From: a virus
DNA: 64,000 nt
IMG/VR virus record: IMGVR_UViG_3300027850_000002
Coordinates: 64,001-128,000 of that record
Reading direction: 5' to 3' (one strand)
In this document: one piece after another, positions 28,301 through 34,538 of the stretch
Position numbering within the stretch: the first letter of the stretch is position 1
Layout: every line of letters begins with the position of its first letter
Program-made: the position numbers and the translations under genes
The notes under the pieces: generated by a model
Databases searched by the model: none
The model's input: the letters and a program-made list of their open reading frames with translations, nothing else
Told to the model about the DNA's origin: nothing

Positions 28301-29755
28301 AAGACGCCGTTCGCCTACGACAAGCTGCAGAGCATGCTTACGGGCGCCGGCGTCAAGGTCACAAAGACAGGCTCGAGGCTCGCGTTGGGACCTTTGACCG
28401 ACGCCGACGTCAAGTCGATGTCCTCAGGTGCGCTCAAGGATCCGAGCAAGCTCATTCGCGCCAAGGACCTTCGTCCCGAGACACACGGTCTGTTCGACCC
28501 CGGCATGACCGGCGGTATGGCAGGAACGAAATGGTCACACGTCGATTTGCACGAACCGATCGTCAACCCAGTGTTCGAAGAGCCGGTCCGTCGACTGCTT
28601 GGGCTCACGCAGAAGGAGTTCACGGAGCGCGTCGGCAAAGGCGGGCAGTGGTTCAAAACCGCACTCAATGAGATTCACGTCGACAACAAACTGAAGGACC
28701 TGACAGCACAGTCAAAGAAGGCGCGCGGACCAGCGCTCGATGGTGTGGTGAAGCAGATCAAGTATCTCGGGGCGCTAAAGGAACGTGGCCTCAAGCCTGC
28801 GGACGCCTACGTCATCTCAATGGTGCCCGTGACACCGCCCGTGATTCGTCCAATCCTTCCGCTTCAAGATGGGCGACTGCAGGTCAGCGATGCGAACCTC
28901 CTCTACAAGGATGCATTCCTCGCGAACCACCAACTCCGAGAATCAGCGAAGACGTTGCCGTCGTCGGAACTTCCGATGCCTCGTCAACATCTCTACGACG
29001 CGGTGAGCGCGCTTTACGGCGTGGGTGACCCCGTCAGCCCAGGTGCAGAGAAGCGCGGAGCCAAAGGCTACCTCGCGGCCATCACAGGTACGCGCCCTGG
29101 AAGTGGGTTCTTCCAGTCCAAGATCATGAAGCGTCAACAAGACGTCAGTGGTCGCGCGACCATCGCGCCTGACCCTACCTTGTCAATGGACGAGATTGGC
29201 GTGCCTGAAGGCATGCTCTGGGGCATGTATGGAAAGTTCGTCATCGGGCGCTTGGTCCGACGCGGCTATACAGCAACGGATGCGCAGAAGATGGTGGATG
29301 ATCGTGTCCCGACTGCACGGGATGAATTGATCAATGAATCACATGAACGTCCGGTCATGGTCAACCGAGCACCGTCATTGCATCGTTTCAACATCGTGGG
29401 GGCGTATCCCAAGATTGTTGAGGGAAAGACGCTCAAGCTAAACCCGTTCGCTGAAAAAGGGATGAACGCGGACTACGATGGGGATGCGCTACAGATCCAC
29501 GCTCCGGTAACACCTGGAGGCATCGAAGACGTCAAAAAGATGACGCTCTCGCACCTGATCTTCGCGGACAAACGTCCCGGCGTCTTGAACATCGCGCCTG
29601 ACATGGAGGCCGTGCTCGGGCTGCACCGTGCCACGCAGGTGGCCACCAATAAGAAGCTCAAGCACTTCGAGTCGCAAGAAGAAGCGATGGCGGCGTACCA
29701 CCGCGGGGACATCACCCTCAACGACCCCATCGAAATCAAAGGCAAGCACCTATAA
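25340..29755 (+). CDS. Phage DNA-directed RNA polymerase: complete beta-like subunit fused to the N-terminal (catalytic) half of beta'
   Basis: beta motifs FILDGTEY..SNQLR, RDVHPTHFG..TPE, NRVLMASKHQGQA, LALGTN..AYMPY, GDKLSNRFGNKGV, SRIN, QQP..G..IGKME; beta' motifs GLFD, VPVTPPVIRP, DVSGRATI, NRAPSLHR, NADYDGD (29465-29485). Confidence 0.95.
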   Translation: MVPLRPMLEDAATRREMIRKKVIEGLEQSFPLKAGKHMVELSNVRVDPQEFSSREQKRAVLEGKTLSERVRGDITVKNAAGGVVDHSKDFTLLQLPYFTPRHTFILDGTEYSVSNQLRTKPGAYVRRRGNEELEATFNLSKGANFRVSMEPEKGLLYMQPSHTTTKIPLHPILRALGMPHQDIAAGWGSEIAGMNRDAWKNPDKHVSKLYETLIHPAKQVAATTEDRAHALREYFSATAMDPEVTAHTLGYPYDKASSSSILAASKKLLDVHRAAADVDDRDSLAFKTFHSVDDFVKERVQLEARAMRAKLGWKLDASHGNLKKALPAGPFTRSMHGLLVGSSLSAVPMQINPMELLDEASRVTMLGEGAIASERAIPLEARDVHPTHFGILDPARTPESFKVGVDLRATIGARRDDKGNLYAPVRDIKSGAATYLKAGDMAKSVIAFPGEHVGPGKMVDAMAHGVVSRVSSDKVTHQLEHVADQYGPTSNLLPLVYGIQANRVLMASKHQGQALPLTYREAPLVQVASWKPGTSVEREMVKLIVPTARFAGMVTKIDDDHIHITPHTDKHASEAASEVETRLERVKVAATEPHKLHYDVHFPLAAKTMLHNELTVKVGDRVEKDQLLAHSNFTKDGTLALGTNLRVAYMPYRGLNTNDGIVVSQGAADKLTSEHMYQHALSRDGDVQLGREKHRTYFGSRYTAEQYNKLDDDGVVKPGTTLHKGDLIVAGIRENKVTGDALLLGKLSKSLVKPYQEVTQVWTHDHPGTVIDVAKTAKQAAASVRTQETLQIGDKLSNRFGNKGVIAKIIPDHQMIQDEHGRPVDLLFTSAGIVSRINPAQVIETALGKVAEKIGKPIVVPQYTPGRDNIQFAKNLLKEHGLTDKETVLDPMTGKKIPNIVVGKSYILKLFKTTDSNWAAHGAEKYDYNQQPARGGDEGAKGIGKMEFDGLVAHNARNVLREAASIKSQRNDEFWRAIQLGLPTPSPKTPFAYDKLQSMLTGAGVKVTKTGSRLALGPLTDADVKSMSSGALKDPSKLIRAKDLRPETHGLFDPGMTGGMAGTKWSHVDLHEPIVNPVFEEPVRRLLGLTQKEFTERVGKGGQWFKTALNEIHVDNKLKDLTAQSKKARGPALDGVVKQIKYLGALKERGLKPADAYVISMVPVTPPVIRPILPLQDGRLQVSDANLLYKDAFLANHQLRESAKTLPSSELPMPRQHLYDAVSALYGVGDPVSPGAEKRGAKGYLAAITGTRPGSGFFQSKIMKRQQDVSGRATIAPDPTLSMDEIGVPEGMLWGMYGKFVIGRLVRRGYTATDAQKMVDDRVPTARDELINESHERPVMVNRAPSLHRFNIVGAYPKIVEGKTLKLNPFAEKGMNADYDGDALQIHAPVTPGGIEDVKKMTLSHLIFADKRPGVLNIAPDMEAVLGLHRATQVATNKKLKHFESQEEAMAAYHRGDITLNDPIEIKGKHL

Positions 29756-29756
29756 T
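29749..29756 (+). promoter_or_regulatory. CCTATAAT late-promoter-like element, leaderless configuration
   Basis: TATAAT 29751-29756 overlaps the RNAP stop, 5 nt before GTG 29762. Confidence 0.6.
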
Positions 29757-29761
29757 AAAGC

Positions 29762-30130
29762 GTGTCCTTCGTCAGCAACGCGCACGGTCGAGGCGTGGTC
29801 GCCGCTCTCGTGCGGTTCGGTCTCAAGAACGCAGCCGAGGAGCTGCGGCTGAAAATCCCGAGCCGTACGTTTCACGGATTCGACGCGGCCCACAAAACAG
29901 AAGCGGACCGCGGCGCGAAGAAAGCAGCTGACGAGATCGAGGGCAACGCGAACAACCTCGCGGACATGTTCAAGCAGCTCGAAGAGGGTGTTTCACCCGC
30001 CGTTCAGCTTGCCTCGCGTGACCCGCTCGATCGACAAGTGTCGTGGGGCGCACCGTCGAACCTTGCGGCCGGCGATGCGGGGAACCGCGTTAGTGATATG
30101 GGACAACCAACCGGCTTTGGAGGCGTCTGA
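29762..30130 (+). CDS. Small protein with shared N-terminal signal motif
   Basis: SNAHGRGVVAALVRFGLKNAA. Confidence 0.7.
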   Translation: MSFVSNAHGRGVVAALVRFGLKNAAEELRLKIPSRTFHGFDAAHKTEADRGAKKAADEIEGNANNLADMFKQLEEGVSPAVQLASRDPLDRQVSWGAPSNLAAGDAGNRVSDMGQPTGFGGV

Positions 30131-30537
30131 TGCTCGATCGTTTTGTTAACCAGGGTCGCATTGACGCGATGGTGCGTTTCAAGGTCAGCATGTCGCTGGG
30201 TAAACCAGGTGGCGGGAGTCGCTTCAGCGCTCCGCCAATGGCAGCAGCACCGGCTGCGGCTGCCGCCAGTGCGGGCGGCGGCGGTTTCATGGACAAGGCC
30301 AAAGCGTTCGGCAGTGGCCAGCTCGGGGCCGCGAAGGACCTTCTGGGCAATATGCGCCAAGGCCTCGGCGGAGCAGCGTCCCCCGAGCTAGGTGCGGCAG
30401 CTCGCGGTGCTGCGCTCGGCAATCTCAAGACTCTCGCGCCGTCGCTCCTCGCAGGCGGCGGTCTCTACTTGATGCACAAGCACAAGCAGGAGCAGGCGCA
30501 GGCGCGGCAGCAGCAGATGATGCCGGGCAGTTTCTGA
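30130..30537 (+). CDS. Gly/Ala-rich protein with shared N-terminal signal motif and C-terminal hydrophobic segment
   Basis: FVNQGRIDAMVRFKVS; LAPSLLAGGGLYLM. Confidence 0.7.
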   Translation: MLDRFVNQGRIDAMVRFKVSMSLGKPGGGSRFSAPPMAAAPAAAAASAGGGGFMDKAKAFGSGQLGAAKDLLGNMRQGLGGAASPELGAAARGAALGNLKTLAPSLLAGGGLYLMHKHKQEQAQARQQQMMPGSF

Positions 30538-30548
30538 AACGTTGAACC

Positions 30549-32330
30549 ATGCCGACGACCCTTGGCCAACATCTCGTCGATTCGATCCTTCCACAGAAGT
30601 GGAAGGGTGGCGGCGTTCTGACCAAGGGCGCGTTGAACACCATGCTTCTGGGTGTGGCCAAGGACGACGTGCACAAGTACCCCGACGTCGTGACACGGCT
30701 CAAAAGGCTGGGTGACGAGGTCGCTACGCTCGACGGAATTTCCGTCGGTCTCGACGACATTGCACCGCACGCAACCGACCGTGACGCCGCGTTGAAGCCG
30801 CACGCTGACGCGTTCCACCAGGCGACGAACAACCCCGACAAGATCAAGGCCCTCATCGGCGGGCAGAACGCGATGCTCAACCTCGCGCGCAATCACCCCG
30901 GCACGATGGGTGAGATGGTACGTGCTGGCGGACGCGGCAACGCCGCGCAGCTCATGCGTACGGTTGGAGCGCCGGTGTTTGCCGAAGATTCCAAAGGGAA
31001 AGTCATCCCGTGGTTCGTCAACAAGAGCTTCTCCGAAGGACTCAAGCCGGCAGACGCATGGGTGATGGGCGGGCAGGCGCGCGTCAATGCGGTGGTCTCG
31101 AACATTTCGGTCGTTGAACCAGGAGACCTTGCCAAAATTCTCGTCAACAACATGGGCGACCAGCTCGTGTCGTCCGTCGACTGCGGAACGCACAATGGTC
31201 TCGCGATGCTTCCGACCGATGCCCACATCATCGATCGGTACCTGGCAGGCACGAATCAACTGATCACGCCGCAGCTTGCGTCGCACCTCGCCAAAGAAGG
31301 CAAGGACGTCATCGTGCGTTCACCGATGACTTGTCAGGCCGCACACGGTGTCTGTCAACACTGCCAGGGCTTGTCGACGTCAGGACACGCCCACCCCATC
31401 GGGACGAACATCGGCGTACGCGCGGCACAGGCCCTCGCGGAACCTCTCACCCAGTTCGCGCTCAACGCCAAGCACGGCGGACGTGTGGTTGGTGTCGACG
31501 ACGAGAAGCGGCTCGAGGGCATCAAAGGCGTGCGAGCACTGCTCGAGATTCCATCGTCGTTCGCGCACAAGGCCGTGCTCTCGGATCGTGACGGGTCGGT
31601 GTCAAAGATCGACAAGGCACCACAAGGCGGTCACTTCGTCTTCGTCGGCGCCGGCAGTCACTACGTACCGCCCGCGCACAAGGTGACGGTCAACGTCGGC
31701 CAGTCAATGTACGCGGGCGACCTGCTCTCAGACGGCGTTCCCAAGCCAGACGAAATCGTTCAACACAAGGGACTCGGCGAAGGACGGCGTTACCTCGTCG
31801 ACGCGCTCTCGGACGTCTACAAACGTGCCGGCTCCGAGATCGACAAACGGCACCTGGAAATCTTGGCCAAGAGCGTGCTCAACCACGTTCAGATCACAGA
31901 CCCAGGTCCGCACGATGCCTTTCTCAAAGGTGACATCGTCAACTACAACCAGTTCCAGTCGGCGGTCGCTGCGTCGAAACAACGGCGTCCGACGGCAGAC
32001 GCGATCGGCGAAACGCTTGCCGAAGGCGTCCTACATCACACTGCGGGCACGTCCATGACACAGCCGATGGTCGATCAACTCGTTCGCCACGGAATCACAA
32101 CCGTCGCGACCGCGAATCCCGGTCCGCGCGCACTGCCTTTCATGCGGCCCGCGTCACGTACGCCGCTGCTCAACCCTGATTGGATGGCACGTCTCGCACA
32201 CCGTTACTTGAAAGAGTCACTGTTGACGGGCATCCACCGTGGTGATGTTTCGAACTTGCATGGAGCGTCACCCGTACCTGCGTACGTTGCAGGCACTGAG
32301 TTTGGCTTAGGCGAAGAGGGCCATTACTGA
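30549..32330 (+). CDS. Phage RNA polymerase beta' C-terminal half (bridge helix, trigger loop)
   Basis: TTLGQ..ILP, SVGLDD, AGGRGN, SFSEGL, DCGT, RSPMTC..GVCQHC, AAQALAEPLTQFALNAKHGG, IDKRHLEI. Confidence 0.93.
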   Translation: MPTTLGQHLVDSILPQKWKGGGVLTKGALNTMLLGVAKDDVHKYPDVVTRLKRLGDEVATLDGISVGLDDIAPHATDRDAALKPHADAFHQATNNPDKIKALIGGQNAMLNLARNHPGTMGEMVRAGGRGNAAQLMRTVGAPVFAEDSKGKVIPWFVNKSFSEGLKPADAWVMGGQARVNAVVSNISVVEPGDLAKILVNNMGDQLVSSVDCGTHNGLAMLPTDAHIIDRYLAGTNQLITPQLASHLAKEGKDVIVRSPMTCQAAHGVCQHCQGLSTSGHAHPIGTNIGVRAAQALAEPLTQFALNAKHGGRVVGVDDEKRLEGIKGVRALLEIPSSFAHKAVLSDRDGSVSKIDKAPQGGHFVFVGAGSHYVPPAHKVTVNVGQSMYAGDLLSDGVPKPDEIVQHKGLGEGRRYLVDALSDVYKRAGSEIDKRHLEILAKSVLNHVQITDPGPHDAFLKGDIVNYNQFQSAVAASKQRRPTADAIGETLAEGVLHHTAGTSMTQPMVDQLVRHGITTVATANPGPRALPFMRPASRTPLLNPDWMARLAHRYLKESLLTGIHRGDVSNLHGASPVPAYVAGTEFGLGEEGHY

Positions 32331-32776
32331 TGCTTGAGCGTGCACATACGAAGGGCATCGACGATGCCCTCACGTGTTTCCAGATCAAAGAGTCACGCTT
32401 TATTGATTCGGTCAAACGTATGGCGATCGGTCAACCTGGACGTGTCTTCGTCGAAGGGCCCAAGGCGTTCGCTCCCGGCGGTCTACTCGGACACAAGAAC
32501 GTCTGGTGGCCCGATGTCAAAGGCGCGCCTCTGAACTGGCTCGGTCGTGCGGGTACAGTCGCCGCACCCCTCATGGCATTGTCTGCTATGCGCTCAAATC
32601 CACACGAAGGCACTTTGTCAAACGCGCTTGGTGCGCTTGGTGGTATCGCAGGAAGCGCGTACGGTTTCCCTGCGCTCGGTATGATCGGTGGTCCTATGCT
32701 CGGAGCTGCGGGTGCGCATCTCGGGCGTGGTGTTGGCCACTTGCTCAGCAGTGAACCAAAGAATCCAAACCAATGA
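32330..32776 (+). CDS. Glycine-zipper protein with shared N-terminal signal motif
   Basis: RAHTKGIDDALTCFQIKES; GALGGIAGSAYG...GAAGAHLGRGVG. Confidence 0.7.
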   Translation: MLERAHTKGIDDALTCFQIKESRFIDSVKRMAIGQPGRVFVEGPKAFAPGGLLGHKNVWWPDVKGAPLNWLGRAGTVAAPLMALSAMRSNPHEGTLSNALGALGGIAGSAYGFPALGMIGGPMLGAAGAHLGRGVGHLLSSEPKNPNQ

Positions 32777-32985
32777 TCAACAACGCGTACAACAAAGGCC
32801 GAGCTGACGCACTCACACGCTTCAAGCTCAGCAATATACAAACGGGTGCAGCTGGCGCAAATCCGATGCTCGGCGGTCAAGCCGCGACAGGTTCGCGACC
32901 ACAGCCAGGCACTTCTTTGGCGCCGCCAACTTCTTCTGCTCCTCCAATGGCGGCAGCCGCTCCGAAGGCTCACGCCCTCGGTTAG
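32773..32985 (+). CDS. Small protein with shared N-terminal signal motif
   Basis: NAYNKGRADALTRFKLS. Confidence 0.7.
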   Translation: MINNAYNKGRADALTRFKLSNIQTGAAGANPMLGGQAATGSRPQPGTSLAPPTSSAPPMAAAAPKAHALG

Positions 32986-32993
32986 TGCAACTG

Positions 32994-33022
32994 TTGGATA
33001 TTTGAGAGTCCCGCCCTATCAT
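32994..33022 (+). promoter_or_regulatory. Promoter TTGGAT-N17-TATCAT (CCCTATCATT)
   Basis: Intergenic, upstream of GAGG SD and ATG 33058. Confidence 0.6.
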
Positions 33023-33057
33023 TTCGTCAATCTCTGTACGACTTCCCCGAGGCAAAA

Positions 33058-34362
33058 ATGTTCAAGCATGCGTACGTCCGAGGCATCCAGACCGCGTTGG
33101 TCAACAACGGCGCAGCCGTGTTCCCCGACGAGACCACCGCGGCCAAGGTCGCGGACTACATCGCAGAGCGTGTCGAGATCGACCCGCTGACGGCGGTGCC
33201 ACGTGAGCTGACCCACAAGGTCGCCACTGACATCGTCGCTGCTTCGGATTGGATCAAGAAGCAGCCGAACTTCAAGGCGGCATCGTTCAACAAGCTCGCG
33301 ACGTGGGAAGACGTTGCGCAGGTCGCGGACCGCAACGCGACCCAGTTGATGACGAAGGCCGCCGAGGGTTCCACCATCGAAGGTGGCGACAAGGGAAACA
33401 CCGAGGGCCAGTCGCCTGTTGGTGAGACCAAGATGGACGCGACCCAGCGTCCTCCGGGCTACGCCGAGAACAGCCTCGGCAAGACCGACGTCGACACCCG
33501 TCCGGGCGCAGTTGGCAAGGAAGAGCCGCAGCCGGTTCAGCCCAAGGAGACTGACCACAAGGACAACTCGGTCGTGGAGCACTCGCGCACCGCGTCGCTC
33601 GCGGACATGTTCCGCAAGTCGGCTGAGGGTTCGACGATCCTCGGCGGAGACAAGGGCAACAAGGAGCCGACGACTGGCGAAGGCAAGATGGACGCGACGC
33701 AGCGTCCTCCGGGCTATGCCGTCCTTCCCCACCAGGGCGCCCTCGGTGCCATGATGGAGCAGGTCACGGGCCCCGCAGTGATCGGTCGCGAGACCCCGCA
33801 GCCGCACATGCCGAAGGAGTCGCCGAGCGGTTCGAACTCGCTCACCGAGCACTCGGCCAAGGCCGCTGCTGAAGACCCGTACATCACGCTCTTCAAGAAG
33901 GTCGCGTCCGAGATCCACGAGTACCTTCCGGGCGGTCTTCACGAGGACAGCAAGATCGCCGCGGTTCGCGCCTGCATGGGCATGACGACCGAAGAGAAGG
34001 CGTACTACCTCCGTGGCTTGCAGAAGGAAGCGGCCGACGCGTCGGTTGGTTCGGAAACGCGCACGGGTATGGGTCGCTCGCGTCCCGGTGCCTACGACGG
34101 TCGCTCTGCCAACCAGAGCACCAAGCAGACCGATGACCTTCCGCCGTTCATGAAGAAGGACGACGACGAGAAGAAGGACGAGAAGAAGGACGACGACAAG
34201 GGTGAGAGCAAGGGCGGAATGCCGGCATTCATCCAAGACAAGATCGACGCCCGCAACGCCGACAAGAAGGACGGCAACAAGGACGAGAAGAAGGATGACG
34301 ACAAGAAGGAAGCTTCGTTGCGCGACTTCTTCCGTCGCATCGACGCGGCCCAGCGCGCGTGA
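33058..34362 (+). CDS. Probable internal head/core protein with signal motif, about 12 K-x-A-type sites and an 87-aa internal duplication
   Basis: KHAYVRGIQTAL; two KxAEGSTIxGGDKGN...KMDATQRPPGYA units; K/D-rich tail. Confidence 0.7.
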   Translation: MFKHAYVRGIQTALVNNGAAVFPDETTAAKVADYIAERVEIDPLTAVPRELTHKVATDIVAASDWIKKQPNFKAASFNKLATWEDVAQVADRNATQLMTKAAEGSTIEGGDKGNTEGQSPVGETKMDATQRPPGYAENSLGKTDVDTRPGAVGKEEPQPVQPKETDHKDNSVVEHSRTASLADMFRKSAEGSTILGGDKGNKEPTTGEGKMDATQRPPGYAVLPHQGALGAMMEQVTGPAVIGRETPQPHMPKESPSGSNSLTEHSAKAAAEDPYITLFKKVASEIHEYLPGGLHEDSKIAAVRACMGMTTEEKAYYLRGLQKEAADASVGSETRTGMGRSRPGAYDGRSANQSTKQTDDLPPFMKKDDDEKKDEKKDDDKGESKGGMPAFIQDKIDARNADKKDGNKDEKKDDDKKEASLRDFFRRIDAAQRA

Positions 34363-34526
34363 GCCTTCTGCGTCACATCCGAGAAGCAGGTCGTCTCGCC
34401 GTCGAGAGCAAGCTCGCCGAGATCCTGAACCCTAGCCTCGGCACGCTCAAAGCGAAGAAGACGAAGGAGCTAGGCGGCCTCCCTGACGCAAATCTTCCCA
34501 AGGTCGTCTCTTTTCCCGCAGCGTAG
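34359..34526 (+). CDS. 55-aa protein with variant signal motif (not in ORF track)
   Basis: GTGA overlap; MSLLRHIREAGRLAVESKLAEILNP...; ends 12 nt before the next ATG. Confidence 0.6.
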   Translation: MSLLRHIREAGRLAVESKLAEILNPSLGTLKAKKTKELGGLPDANLPKVVSFPAA

Positions 34527-34538
34527 ACGAGGTCCCAT

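Noticed and set aside
29756-30548. Intron or split intein joining the two RNAP ORFs
   Set aside because: The gap holds two well-formed ORFs with the shared motif and a promoter motif; no intein-like termini (GKHL end, MPTT start) and no recognisable group I/II features
25340-32330. Host chromosomal rpoB-rpoC operon
   Set aside because: Highly divergent, fused and re-split, flanked by portal and head genes; no ribosomal protein, nusG or other host genes nearby
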